37,546 bases of DNA from Bryobacteraceae bacterium (GCA_045807985.1 JBJMGL010000127.1:1-37546), one strand, 5' to 3'; counted from the first letter of the stretch, positions 7,440 through 18,135 are shown. The notes: generated by a model not told the origin, from the letters alone. Program-made: numbers and translations.

Positions 7440-8196
7440 TCGCTTCCATGCGATCGAGTCCCAACTCCTTCTGCAATCGCTGGATCTCCGCCAGCGGATC
7501 AGCAATTTCCGGTTGGGTCTCCGCTCGCCCAATCACCAGCGTAATCTCCCCCTTCACCGAACCTCTGCGCTCCAACTCGTCACGAATCGTGCGTGCCGAA
7601 CCACGGAGAAACTCTTCGTGCAGCTTCGTCAGCTCACGAGCCAATACTAATGGCCGCTCACCAAAAATCTCGGACATGTCGCCCAATGACTCCAAAATCC
7701 GGTGCGGGCTCTCATACGCAATCACTGTCGCTGCTTCATCAGCAAGCGCCTCCAGCGCCTTCCGGCGCGCCCCGGCTTTCGGCGGCAGGAAACCGATGAA
7801 TCGAAACTGATCAGTAGGCAAGCCGGAAGCAGTCAACGCCGTTAGCGCCGCCGATGCGCCCGGCAAAGGAACAACCGGATGCCCCTTTGCAACGGCCTCA
7901 TGCACCACGCGATAACCCGGATCAGAAATCAAAGGCGTTCCGGCATCGCTCACCAGCGCCACCGATTCGCCGCGCTCCAACGCGCCCAAAAGCTGCTCCG
8001 TGCGGCTTGCCTCATTATGCTCGTGATAACTCAGCAGCGGCTTTCGAATCTGAAAGTGCTCCAGCAACTTTTGCGTCTGCCGAGTGTCTTCGCAAGCGAT
8101 CACCGACGCTTGATCCCGCAGCACGCGCAACGCGCGCAACGTAATATCTTCGAGATTGCCAATCGGTGTGGCAACCAGATACAAAGTGCCGGACAA
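7342..8196 (-). CDS. rsmI: 16S rRNA (cytidine1402-2'-O)-methyltransferase
   Basis: 'LYLVATPIGNLEDITLRALRVL', 'IACEDTR.T.KLL', 'SDAGTPLISDPG', 'PGASA' are tetrapyrrole-methylase-fold RsmI signatures. The 3' end overlaps hemH by 98 nt (convergent). Confidence 0.9.
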   Translation of the reverse strand: MSGTLYLVATPIGNLEDITLRALRVLRDQASVIACEDTRQTQKLLEHFQIRKPLLSYHEHNEASRTEQLLGALERGESVALVSDAGTPLISDPGYRVVHEAVAKGHPVVPLPGASAALTALTASGLPTDQFRFIGFLPPKAGARRKALEALADEAATVIAYESPHRILESLGDMSEIFGERPLVLARELTKLHEEFLRGSARTIRDELERRGSVKGEITLVIGRAETQPEIADPLAEIQRLQKELGLDRMEAIKSVAKRLGLPKREIYRLAAAGDNSSPDKCRD

Positions 8197-8247
8197 TACT
8201 AAGCAGTGTACCGTTTATTCTGAAATGGCGCTGTTGACGAGAAAAGG

Positions 8248-9231
8248 ATGGCAAAACAGTTTGAAGAGCAACCAGTCACTGAGGCTCCGCTTTATATCCG
8301 ATGGGGAGCGGATCGCTCACCCTACGCGATTGAGCTAAAACTGGAACTCATCGGCAAAATCCGTCAGGAACTGGCTGCGGCGGAAGCATCGGGTGTCGAG
8401 ATTGGGGGAGTACTGGTTGGATCTCTGCCCAACAATTATTCCTCCACGCTGCGGATTGACGACATCGAACTGATTCCACGCAGTTCCCAGGACGGAACCA
8501 CCTTTATGCTCGATCCTAGCCAGGAAGATCGGTTCGCGGAGGTTCGTTGGCGAGCGCGCGCTAAGGAACGAACGGCTTTAGGTCTTTTTCGAAGTCACAA
8601 GCGACCCGGACACCTGCGGCCATCCATAGCGGATCGAACCCTGTTATCCGCCGAATTTCAGAATACCGTTCATACCTTACTGCTTGTGGGAGCCGCGGAG
8701 CCGTATACAGCAGCATTCTTCATCTCGGCGGATGGCCAACTGCCTCCTGAGTCTTCCGTCCGGGAGTTCCGGTTCGACGAATCCGAATTCAAATCGCTTC
8801 CAGAATTGGACCTTGAACCGCAGGACCAAAGACCAACCCAAAAACTCAAATCAAAGGGAAGCCTAGGAACCGTTGCCGCATTAGGCGCTATCGCATCAGG
8901 AGTTATTGCGCTGCTTTGGTACTTCAACCAATCGGTCATTTCGCTGCCCTCCTTCATGTCACGCTCTCAACAATTGCAGCTAGCGGTCACCGGTGAAAAC
9001 CGGCTATTGCACATTTCTTGGAACCACGCCGCCAAAGACCTGGATCACGCCTCGGGAGCAACCCTCATCATCCGAAGCAAAGCAGGCGTGCGTGAAATCA
9101 AACTGGGCGCGGACGAACTGCGGCTGGGATCAGTCGATTGCGAAGTCAATTCGCCCAATGTCGAAATGACCCTGGCCCTCAACAAGCCAGGGTCTGTCTC
9201 CATTAGTCAATCCATAATTTGGAAGCAGTGA
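8248..9231 (+). CDS. membrane-anchored protein with an N-terminal MPN/JAB-like (probably degenerate) domain
   Basis: 'VEIGGVLVG' fits the E-x-GG-x-L-x-G motif. 'FRSHKRPGHLRPSIAD' aligns to the JAMM motif H-x-H-x7-S-x2-D, but the first His is Arg and there is one extra residue. There is a single TM helix (LGTVAALGAIASGVIALLWYF) followed by a beta-rich C-terminal domain of about 95 aa. Confidence 0.6.
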   Translation: MAKQFEEQPVTEAPLYIRWGADRSPYAIELKLELIGKIRQELAAAEASGVEIGGVLVGSLPNNYSSTLRIDDIELIPRSSQDGTTFMLDPSQEDRFAEVRWRARAKERTALGLFRSHKRPGHLRPSIADRTLLSAEFQNTVHTLLLVGAAEPYTAAFFISADGQLPPESSVREFRFDESEFKSLPELDLEPQDQRPTQKLKSKGSLGTVAALGAIASGVIALLWYFNQSVISLPSFMSRSQQLQLAVTGENRLLHISWNHAAKDLDHASGATLIIRSKAGVREIKLGADELRLGSVDCEVNSPNVEMTLALNKPGSVSISQSIIWKQ

Positions 9232-9287
9232 TTTAAGCTACGGAAAGATAAACAAAAGATGCTGTAATGAAGGATTTACCTGGCAAT

Positions 9288-10316
9288 TCATTGCCGCAAG
9301 AAAATCGTAAAATCTCCGCCCTTAGCGTCCAGGATGACTGTCGCACCCGGCGGAACTTGCCCTTGCGCTACGAGCGCCGCCACTGGCTGGATAAAGTTTC
9401 TCTGTACTGTGCGCTTCAATTCCCGAGCGCCAAACTCAGCACTCACGCCTGTGTCCAGCAGTAAACTCCGGCCTGCGGGAGTGCAATTCAACTTAAAGCC
9501 ACGCAGTCCCAAGCGGCTCTGAATCAGGCGCGCAAACTCGGAAAAAATCTGCTCAAGAATGGTTTCGCAAGCCTCGCGTTCCAACGGCTTATACGTCACC
9601 ACCGAATCAATCCGGTTCACAAACTCCGGTGAAAACTTCTGACGCACAGCACTCAAGCCCGCGCTCTGAATTCTTTTGTCTTCGATGGCTTTGGGTGGAA
9701 GCATGGCCTCAAACCCAAAATCCGGCGTATTGATCTTCTGAATTGACTTAGCGCCCAAGTTGCTCGTCAGGAAAATCAAGCTGCGCTCGAAATTAACCGT
9801 GCTATTGTCACCTAGCCGAAGCGTTGCTTTATCCAAAATACCGAGCAGCAATCGCGCCATCGAAGCGGCAGCCTTCTCAATCTCATCAAAAAGCACCAGC
9901 GAAATATCGCTTCCCTCCGAAGTGACGCCGCCCAACTTCGCCTGTGTCAGCATCGGCTGCGTTTCCCGATGTCCCAAATATCCCGGAGGAGCGCCAATCA
10001 ACTTAGCGACTTCATGTTCCATCTGGAACTCACCGCAATCCACCTTCAGCAAGTTTTTGCTGCTGCCGTGTAAAACCTCCGCCAAAGCCTCTACCGTGCG
10101 TGTCTTTCCCGTACCCGTCGGTCCTAGTAGCAGAACAACGCCAATCGGCCGACCCTCCGGCGAAAGCCCTGCTTGGTGCATTTGTACGAAAGGAACAATC
10201 GTATCAATCGCTTCCGATTGGCCAATCAGCAAACGGCTAAGCTGGGCCGCTAATCCATTGGAACTTTCGGGCGTGATGGAACGCTTAGCGCGTGCCGCTG
10301 TGTTTTGAGATCGCAT
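9288..10316 (-). CDS. single-module Clp/Hsp100-type AAA+ ATPase (NBD2 + D2-small only)
   Basis: Walker A GPTGTGKT, Walker B LVLFDEIEKA, 'GAPPGYLGH', sensor-1 'LTSNLG', 'SPEFVNRID', sensor-2 'GARELKR'. There is no N-domain, NBD1 or M-domain. GGAGG lies 5 nt upstream of the ATG. Confidence 0.85.
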   Translation of the reverse strand: MRSQNTAARAKRSITPESSNGLAAQLSRLLIGQSEAIDTIVPFVQMHQAGLSPEGRPIGVVLLLGPTGTGKTRTVEALAEVLHGSSKNLLKVDCGEFQMEHEVAKLIGAPPGYLGHRETQPMLTQAKLGGVTSEGSDISLVLFDEIEKAAASMARLLLGILDKATLRLGDNSTVNFERSLIFLTSNLGAKSIQKINTPDFGFEAMLPPKAIEDKRIQSAGLSAVRQKFSPEFVNRIDSVVTYKPLEREACETILEQIFSEFARLIQSRLGLRGFKLNCTPAGRSLLLDTGVSAEFGARELKRTVQRNFIQPVAALVAQGQVPPGATVILDAKGGDFTIFLRQ

Positions 10317-10560
10317 GTGCCTCCCCGGAATCTCTTGCTCCTGAAGGTAAAGGCATGGAAAGCCTGAACGGAGCCCGGCACCACTGCCAAAAAGCGGCTA
10401 GCATCTCACATTTCTCGTGCAAGCTCCTTGATCTCAGCTATTTAGTACGGCTAAATATATTTCCGAACTTTTCTTCCGGTGCTGTGACTGAGTATTTTTT
10501 ACCCTGCAAAAAAGCAAAGGCAGGTAAATTATCTCGACGCTTAAGGCTGATGCAGAAGAT

Positions 10561-12624
10561 CTACATCATAGCCACCGGCGGAGCAGGCTCATCCGGACTG
10601 CCCGCGCTCGATAAAGGAAACCGGACCATCACCCAAGCCAGACCCGCCAGCACCACTAACCCGACCAGATAAGACGGATGCTTCAGCAATTGCAGATGTG
10701 CCCGCACGGAAGCGGGCGCAAACTGCAAACCAGCCCAAACTAAACCTAACACCGCTTCCCCTGCAATCAAACCGGAAGCCGTCAGAACACCCGCATTCTC
10801 CACCCGCGCCTTTTGCGCCTCATTGTATCCACGCCGCCGTGCCGCCCAATCGGCCATCGCGCGAATCACGCCACCCACAAAAATCGCAAACGTCGTCTCA
10901 AACGGAAGATACATTCCAACCGACACCAGCATAGGGCTGCGCACCTGCATGGCCATCAAAGCCAGACCCATGAATATACCAACCAGTACCAGCGGCCAAG
11001 GCATATCCCCGCCTACAATCCCCTGCGCCAGCAACGCCATTAAACCAGCCTGCGGAGCCGGTAATTGCCGGTCCCCAAATCCTGTCCCGCCAGCCTTGAT
11101 ATTGCCTTCATGCAAAAGCACCAGCGGAAAATACATGACAAGGCTCGCCACCAACACCGCCATCAACTCCGCAATCTGAATATTCCGGGGCGTGCCGCCC
11201 AAAATAAATCCAACTTTAAAGTCTTGCAGCAACTCGCCCGCGACAGCCGACGAAACGCAAACCACCGCCGCCACCCCCAATACCGCCGCCACCCCGCCAA
11301 TACCCGAAACGCCCAACGACACCATCAAAAGCGCGGCAATAATCAGCGTCGAAAGCGTTAACCCCGAAACCGGATTATTCGAAGATCCGATCATTCCGCA
11401 CAGGCTTCCCGAAACTGTGGCAAAAAAGAAGCCGAGGACCAGCATAATAACAGCCGCCACTACCCCCGCCGTCACTGCCTGCGCAAAGTAAATGTAAAGC
11501 GCAATCATCACAAGGAACACCACGCCGATCAACGCAAACACGACCTTGGAACTCATATAGCGTTCCGTGCGCCCCAGCGCAGCCGTCTGCTCCGCCGTTT
11601 GCCGCATATCGCCGATCACGCGCTTCAAACCGGAAGCCAGGCTATTTCGCATGCGGAACAACGTGTAAGCCGCCCCCACCAACATGCCGCCAACAGCAAT
11701 CGGACGCACAATATACCGCCACACGCTGGCCGCCATGGCGGGCCACGAATCCGCAGGCGCGCCCGCCGGCAAAAAGTTTTTCAACTGCGGACCCAGGAAG
11801 TAGATCAATAGCGGAACCATCAATCCCCAAGCCAGCACGCCACCCGAAAATTGCAGCGCCGCCAGCCGGGCCCCAATCACGTATCCCACGCCCAGATACG
11901 CTGGACTGACGGAAGGAGCCGCAAACGTGGAAACCCCGCCCGCGCTCAAAAAGTTATTCGAATTGGCGCTTCCTAAACGCACCCGGCTGGCCCCAAGCTG
12001 CCCAATCGGCACTGCAAACTCGGCATCAGAAGCAAACAATCCAAACCGGCCCAGCAGAAAAACGATCCCACCCAGCCCAATGTTCCAGAACAGATACTTT
12101 GCCGCTTGCGCTCCCCGCTGTCCCGCCTTATGAATCTCGGAAGCCGCAATCGATTCCGGGAAGGGAAGCTCTGGATCATCCACCATGATCCGGCGCACCA
12201 GTGAAATAAACAAAACTCCCAGAACGCTGCCCACTAAAATGAGCGCCGTGGATTTCCAGTAAGCATCAGTAAAACCGAACGAATGCCAAGCGCCTGAAAG
12301 CAAAAAAGCGGGAATCGTGAAGATCGCCCCCGAAGCCACACCCTCGCCAATTGATCCGCTCGTGCGAGCAATATTCTCTTCCAGAAGCGAACCCTTCCAG
12401 GCCCGCATGGCAGCCATGCTGATCACAGCCGCCGGATACGTAGCCGCGACCGTAATACCCGCTTTCAGCCCCAGATACGCATTAGCTGCCCCTAGCACCA
12501 CAGTCATAAAAAGACCCAGCAGCATCGCGCGCATCGTCAGCTCGCGCATCTGCACATGCTCGGGAACGAAAGGTTGAAACTGCTTCGCCTGCGTGCTCAC
12601 AGGCAAACACCTGCGAAGCGGCAT
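10561..12624 (-). CDS. OPT-family oligopeptide transporter
   Basis: 687 aa and polytopic. 'FQPFVPEHVQMRELTMRAMLLGLFMTVVLGAANAYLGLKAGITVAATYPAAVISMA' is the canonical OPT N-terminus. Confidence 0.9.
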   Translation of the reverse strand: MPLRRCLPVSTQAKQFQPFVPEHVQMRELTMRAMLLGLFMTVVLGAANAYLGLKAGITVAATYPAAVISMAAMRAWKGSLLEENIARTSGSIGEGVASGAIFTIPAFLLSGAWHSFGFTDAYWKSTALILVGSVLGVLFISLVRRIMVDDPELPFPESIAASEIHKAGQRGAQAAKYLFWNIGLGGIVFLLGRFGLFASDAEFAVPIGQLGASRVRLGSANSNNFLSAGGVSTFAAPSVSPAYLGVGYVIGARLAALQFSGGVLAWGLMVPLLIYFLGPQLKNFLPAGAPADSWPAMAASVWRYIVRPIAVGGMLVGAAYTLFRMRNSLASGLKRVIGDMRQTAEQTAALGRTERYMSSKVVFALIGVVFLVMIALYIYFAQAVTAGVVAAVIMLVLGFFFATVSGSLCGMIGSSNNPVSGLTLSTLIIAALLMVSLGVSGIGGVAAVLGVAAVVCVSSAVAGELLQDFKVGFILGGTPRNIQIAELMAVLVASLVMYFPLVLLHEGNIKAGGTGFGDRQLPAPQAGLMALLAQGIVGGDMPWPLVLVGIFMGLALMAMQVRSPMLVSVGMYLPFETTFAIFVGGVIRAMADWAARRRGYNEAQKARVENAGVLTASGLIAGEAVLGLVWAGLQFAPASVRAHLQLLKHPSYLVGLVVLAGLAWVMVRFPLSSAGSPDEPAPPVAMM

Positions 12625-12648
12625 TTCCAGTTAAGAATAATAGGTGAA

Positions 12649-12680
12649 GGCAACACGAAGCTATGATAGCCGTGTTGTCC
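12649..12680 (-). terminator. possible intrinsic terminator after the ArsA-like operon
   Basis: GGCAACACG (12649-57) pairs with CGTGTTG(T)CC (12671-80). On the minus strand the hairpin is followed by TTCACCTATTATTCTT. The stem is imperfect and the U-tract interrupted. Confidence 0.3.
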
Positions 12681-12699
12681 TCAGCGTGTAAAAGGGCGT

Positions 12700-12945
12700 C
12701 TACTCAACCACAACACTAGTGCCCGAACCTTTAGTGCGGGACATCCGGTTAATTCGGTGATCAATCAGCGCGCGAATACCCCGTAAAAACTCAATCCGGG
12801 CCTCGCGGAAATGCCCCAGCGCCGGTTCGGGCGGAGTCACGGAGTCCGCTACTTGGCGCAATCCATCGCGCAGCGCATCACAGAACGCATCCACATTGGG
12901 ATACGCCCGTGTGTTCTGACCGGCTGTCCCCTCACCATTAGTCAT
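12700..12945 (-). CDS. 81-aa hypothetical protein, translationally coupled to the ArsA-like ATPase
   Basis: 4-nt overlap (12942-12945) with the upstream gene. Predicted helical core ('FREARIEFLRGIRALIDHRINRM'). No family recognised. Confidence 0.55.
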   Translation of the reverse strand: MTNGEGTAGQNTRAYPNVDAFCDALRDGLRQVADSVTPPEPALGHFREARIEFLRGIRALIDHRINRMSRTKGSGTSVVVE

Positions 12946-14132
12946 TGCTTCTCTCCTAGCTCTACTACTAGCTTACGCCCAAGAAGACGAGCTTTGCGCG
13001 GCGTCAAATGTGCCAGCGTCGTTGGAAGCCCCACATGCCGACGCACCGTGCCAACCTGAATCACCAGTTCATCATCTTTCTTAAACAAACCCACTTCCGC
13101 CTTTTCCGTAAAAGGAAGGTCCAGTTCCACTTGGTAGCCATTCCCCTCACGCACAAAAGCAAACGGAGCCGCGCTTCGGCTCACCGCCGCCGGGTCCTCT
13201 CCAGCCTCATACAAAGCAGAAGCCAACTGCCGAAGCCGCTCATACCCCAATACCTGATCCCGAAACATAGGCACCTTCCGAACCGGCACCGGGGCAAAGT
13301 ATTGCTCAATCTCGGCCACCGTCTCCCCCTGCGCTTGCCGCCAACCATCAAAAAATGAATCCCGAACTTCATCTGGAAGTAAGCGGTTCACCACGATTCC
13401 ATCCACCACCAGCCCGTTCAAAGAAAAATAGACAAACGCCCGCTGCGTCTCGCGCAGCACCATCTTTTCCGCATTTGTCACCAGGCGCACGCTCGTCATA
13501 GCGGCATCCTGCAACACAACATCAATTCCCTCAATCTTCTCGAACAAACTTTGGATATTACGAAAGTAGCTATCCGGAGGAAGCTCCATCGGAGCAATGT
13601 GTTTCGCAAGGGGCCGCACAGCCTTCAAAAGGCTTCGCTGAAACCCGAAAATATGCTTCATGTACCAATCGAGCGTGGTCGGTAGACTGACGAACCGCAA
13701 CGATTCCGCCGTGGGAGCGCAATCGAGAATCATGACATCAAAATCACTACCCTTGCGGTACTGATTGACATACATCATGGCGCTGAGTTCTTCCATCCCC
13801 GGAAAGATTGCCATCTCCTCCGCCTGCACGCCGCTCAGCCCAGTAGTCCGAAGCAGCGACGTCAGATAAGCGGAAATATCGTTCCAGTAATGCTTAATCT
13901 CATGGTTGATATTGACTTCCTGAATCCACAAGCGATCAGCAATCGAAAGCGGCTCCGAAGTACGGGCATGGAACAAAGCCCCACCTAAGTCAAAAGAATC
14001 CGCCAGACTATGCGCCGGATCAACGCTAATCACCAGCGTTCGTTTCCCCATCGCCGCCAGTTGAACACCCGTAGCCGCCGCCACGCTCGTCTTGCCGACA
14101 CCGCCTTTGCCGCTAAAAAGAAGGATTCTCAC
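12942..14132 (-). CDS. ArsA/GET3/TRC40-family ATPase with C-terminal HSP20-like domain
   Basis: Deviant Walker A 'SGKGGVGKTSVAAA', 'VISVDPAHSLADSF', 'ILDCAPTAESLR'. The C-terminal 'YQVELDLPF..KAEVGLFKKDDELVIQVG..RRHVGLP' forms an alpha-crystallin/HSP20-like beta sandwich. GTG start 6 nt after the S9 peptidase stop. Confidence 0.85.
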   Translation of the reverse strand: MRILLFSGKGGVGKTSVAAATGVQLAAMGKRTLVISVDPAHSLADSFDLGGALFHARTSEPLSIADRLWIQEVNINHEIKHYWNDISAYLTSLLRTTGLSGVQAEEMAIFPGMEELSAMMYVNQYRKGSDFDVMILDCAPTAESLRFVSLPTTLDWYMKHIFGFQRSLLKAVRPLAKHIAPMELPPDSYFRNIQSLFEKIEGIDVVLQDAAMTSVRLVTNAEKMVLRETQRAFVYFSLNGLVVDGIVVNRLLPDEVRDSFFDGWRQAQGETVAEIEQYFAPVPVRKVPMFRDQVLGYERLRQLASALYEAGEDPAAVSRSAAPFAFVREGNGYQVELDLPFTEKAEVGLFKKDDELVIQVGTVRRHVGLPTTLAHLTPRKARLLGRKLVVELGEKQ

Positions 14133-14138
14133 AGCAGA

Positions 14139-16597
14139 CTACTGTAAAGTCGCATTCATCATCCCACTGGCATTCGCGCCTTTGACGTATTTATCAAACC
14201 AGGAAATCTCTTCATGGAGCACATGCTCAATCGACTCCCGCCCCCGATACCCGTGCGCCTCATACGGCAGCGTAACTAGTCGGACCACTCCGCCATTTCC
14301 GCGCACCGCTGCGTACATCCGCTCCGACTGAATCGGAAACGTTCCCGTATTGTCATCCGCTTCTCCATGAACCTGCAGCAGTGCGCTCTTGATCTTCTCA
14401 GCCGACAGAAAAGGAGACATTTTCAGATAAACATCTGGAGCTTCCCAAATCGTCCGTCGTTCGGTCTGAAACCCAAAAGGAGTCAGCGTGCGATTATAAG
14501 CTCCGCTCTCAGCCACTCCCGCCTTGAACAGGGTGGAATGCGCCAGTAGGTTAGCCGTCATGAACCCCCCATAGCTATGGCCGCCCACGCCCACCCGCGC
14601 CGGATCAGTGACACCCATCTCCGCCGCTTTATTAATCGCCGCTTTCGCATCCATCACAATCTGTTCCAGGTACGTGTTATTCACCGTGGTGGGATCGCCA
14701 ATCACCGGCATCGCTGCATTAAATAAAACCGCATATCCCCGCAAAGCAAAAAAGATCGGCGATGATCCCGTAAGTGTCGTGAATCGTTTAGTTGACCCCG
14801 AAATCTGCCCGGCCGTATCGGCATCGTTATATTCATACGGATAAGCCCAAACCACTGTAGGAAGCCGCATCCCTTGCCGATATCCAGGCGGCAAGTACAA
14901 AGTAAAAGAAAGTGGAACCCCATCCGGCCGCTTGTAAGTCACAAGCTGCTTCGTTATCTTCCGTAGCTCCGGCGTCGGATCAGAAAAATGCGTCACTGCC
15001 TGAGCCTCTGCCTTCCCCATACTCCGCACAAAATAGTTTGGAGGCTCTATGAGGGACTCGCGCCGAGTTAAAAACCGGCTCCCCGTCTCATCCAGCAAAG
15101 CGACAACGGCTTCATAACGCTCCTCATCAGACTGGAACAACGGCTCGGCCGTTTTCGAGCGAAGGTCAAAACGGTGGAGAAACGGACGATCCCCCTGAGG
15201 CGTAGCCCCGGTGCTCTGCAAGAAAATCGCATCCCCATTCTGCCGGATGACCCGTTTCCCATTCGGAAGAGTCCGCATTTCAGGAGTCCCAGGATCTTTA
15301 TATCTGTCTTGCATATTGCGCTCCCAAATCAACTTCGGCTCCGCCCCTAAATTTTGGGATCAACCGCAAACGTCCGAACCCAACGCTTATTCCGCTCGTA
15401 ATCCGTCACCAGCGCGAATGCCCCCAACTCCCCAAACTCAATCCGCTGAAACCGCTGCTCCACCTTCAGCAACTCTCGCGGTCCCGCCGAGCCAACCGGC
15501 AACGAGGCAATCAAAATACGATCCCGATGCGGAACTTTCTCCTTCGGATTACCGCCATCCATCGCCTCCACCCAATACACCGACGCGGGCTCCGTCGGAA
15601 TCCAGTGATAATTTCGCGGTCCCGTCGGCACTCCCTCAATCGGAACCCGATCCGCCAAAGGCAAGGAAGCCACCTGATAAACCACCTTCGCCGACCGGTC
15701 CCAAACCTCTACCTCCTTAGGAAACGCCTCAAACGGATGGAAGTAAGAGTAAGGTTTATGGACACGAGCCACCAGCACATCCTGGCCATTCGGTGAAGGT
15801 TCCACGCTCGCAAAAATAGCCGCCTTGCCATAAGGCGTGACACGGCCGTTAGTGCAATCGACAAAAACTAACTGAGAAAGGGCATAGTAATCAAACAAAT
15901 CCTCATCATGCGCGTTCTTCAATAAATCCTCAAATGTGGGAGCCGGACCAGCCTTGCCAAAACTCTCCTGCGTATGCGGACCCGGCGGAACAGCCATTTC
16001 CTGCGGAGGCGCGCCGCGCCCATCCGGCACCGTTTCCACCAGAAGACCGCGGCTATCCGGCATCCATCGCAAAGCCGTCCTGCCCGCGTTAAGAGAAGTC
16101 GCATTGGTGGTAAGCGCCGCATTCACGCGAACCCTCTCCACCTTGCGGACCTGCCCCGTCCCGCCCTCGCCAATCCACAACTCAACCGCGTTCCGCGTCA
16201 GATTCGCAAACGCGAAGCGCTTCCCATCGGGACTCCATAAGGGCGAAGTAATTTCCGCATCAGCGGGGATCACGACCCTTACCGCCGCCGCATTCCCATC
16301 CAAGCGCTGCACCATCATCGACCGGTAAACAACAGCGTTGTATGGCCCGTTATTGCCCGGATCGATCCGCAAACCGGCAATCCGCAATATCGGACGCGCC
16401 AACTCCGCAACCGGCGGATAAACCATCCGTTCCACCAGTAGCATCTCCGCGCCAGAAGGACTAACCAACGCTTCCGGCGTGGGAGGCGCATGCAATACAC
16501 GGAGAACATCAGAAGGAGGCTGCCGGTAAGCCTCATCAGCAAATACTCCCGCCACAGACACGAAAGCACTGAACGAAGTGAGAACTACCTTGCGCAT
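14139..16597 (-). pseudogene. S9 (prolyl oligopeptidase-family) serine peptidase split by one frameshift
   Basis: The N-terminal propeller part (15347-16597, signal-like MRKVVLTSFSAFVSVAGVFA) and the catalytic part (14139-15332; 'GGHSYGGFMT', 'HGEADDN', 'YEAHGY') are collinear. Adding one base to the T4 run at 15352-15355 gives a continuous ...RTFAVDPKNLGAEPKLIWERN... Confidence 0.8.
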
Positions 16598-16654
16598 GGA
16601 TAAATCTATCTTCCCCTACCATGAATTTTTATATCGAAGTTACACAATAAAACT

Positions 16655-18049
16655 ATGGACGCTCCAACACGAACTGAATCGGACAGCATGGGACCTATTG
16701 AGGTGCCCTCGGGCCAATATTGGGGAGCACAAACGCAACGCTCTCTGATCCACTTCGATATCGGCGACGATAAAATGCCGCCGGAACTCATCCGGGCCTT
16801 CGGGGTCTTAAAAAAGGCGGCTGCCCTGGTCAATCACGATCTAGGCAAATTAGACGAAGAAAAAACCAGCCTTATCACAAAAGCCACCGACGAAGTTATC
16901 TCTGGCAAATTAAATGCTGAATTTCCCCTGCGCATCTGGCAAACCGGCAGCGGAACCCAAACCAACATGAACGCAAACGAGGTCATCTCGAACCGCGCCA
17001 TCGAGCTTGCAGGCGGCGTGATGGGAAGCAAAAAACCCATACACCCCAATGACCATGTCAACATGTCGCAATCCTCTAACGACACGTTTCCAACGGCCAT
17101 GCACATCGCTGCCGCTGAACAGGTACAGCGCAAACTCATTCCTGCTGTCGAGGAACTGCGCAACGCTCTGGACGGGAAAGCACAGCAGTTCGCAGACGTC
17201 GTCAAAATCGGTCGCACGCACCTGCAAGACGCTACCCCCATCACCGTCGGCCAGGAAATCTCAGGTTGGGTGTCATTACTGGATCGAGACATTCAACGCC
17301 TACGCGAAACCCTCGCCGGGCTCTACGACTTAGCCATCGGAGGAACCGCCGTAGGAACCGGAATCAATGCTCACCCGGAGTTCGCGGAACGCGCCGCCGC
17401 CAAAATCGCGGAACTCACAGGCCTGCCCTTCCGCTCCCACCCCAACAAGTTCTCTGCTCTCTCTGCGCACGACGAACTAGTAGCCGCCAGTGGCTCATTA
17501 AAAACTCTGGCCGCCTCCCTCATGAAAATCGCCAACGATATCCGCTGGCTCGCATCAGGTCCCCGCTGCGGACTAGGAGAACTAATCATACCGGAAAACG
17601 AACCTGGCTCCTCCATCATGCCAGGCAAGGTAAACCCAACCCAATGCGAAGCCATAACCATGGTAGCCGCCCAAGTCTTCGGCAGCGACGCCACTATCGG
17701 CTTCGCCGGTTCTCAAGGCAACTTCGAGCTAAACGTCTTCAAGCCGGTTATTATTTACAATTTTCTCCACTCCGTCCGCCTGCTCTCCGATGCCTGCCAC
17801 AGCTTCACGGAACACTGCGCGGTCGGCATCGAAGTAAACCGGAAGCAAGTGGAGCACCACGTCGCCCACTCTCTCATGCTGGTAACTGCCCTCAGCCCCA
17901 TCGTCGGCTACGACAAATCCGCTAAAATCGCCCACACCGCCCACAAAGACGGTTCCAGCCTGCGCGAGGCTGCGGTAAAACTAGGCTTCTTAACTGAAGA
18001 ACAATTCGATCAACACGTCAAACCCGAACAAATGACCCGCCCCGCCTAA
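16655..18049 (+). CDS. fumC: class II fumarate hydratase
   Basis: '[16 protein letters not shown]' signature, '[10 protein letters not shown]', 'SSNDTFPTA'; 464 aa. Confidence 0.95.
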   Translation: MDAPTRTESDSMGPIEVPSGQYWGAQTQRSLIHFDIGDDKMPPELIRAFGVLKKAAALVNHDLGKLDEEKTSLITKATDEVISGKLNAEFPLRIWQTGSGTQTNMNANEVISNRAIELAGGVMGSKKPIHPNDHVNMSQSSNDTFPTAMHIAAAEQVQRKLIPAVEELRNALDGKAQQFADVVKIGRTHLQDATPITVGQEISGWVSLLDRDIQRLRETLAGLYDLAIGGTAVGTGINAHPEFAERAAAKIAELTGLPFRSHPNKFSALSAHDELVAASGSLKTLAASLMKIANDIRWLASGPRCGLGELIIPENEPGSSIMPGKVNPTQCEAITMVAAQVFGSDATIGFAGSQGNFELNVFKPVIIYNFLHSVRLLSDACHSFTEHCAVGIEVNRKQVEHHVAHSLMLVTALSPIVGYDKSAKIAHTAHKDGSSLREAAVKLGFLTEEQFDQHVKPEQMTRPA

Positions 18050-18135
18050 GGATGTGCAGCAATAAGAATTCCAGAGACTTTCGCCCCCGCCAACCAACCA
18101 TTTCCTGAAAGCTCCAAACCTCTGCGGCTTTGTTC

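Noticed and set aside
10500-10535. Hairpin (ACCCTGC-n12-GCAGGT) after the OPT transporter as a terminator
   Set aside because: The stem is short and bulged, the T-run lies in the loop rather than after the stem, and support is weak.
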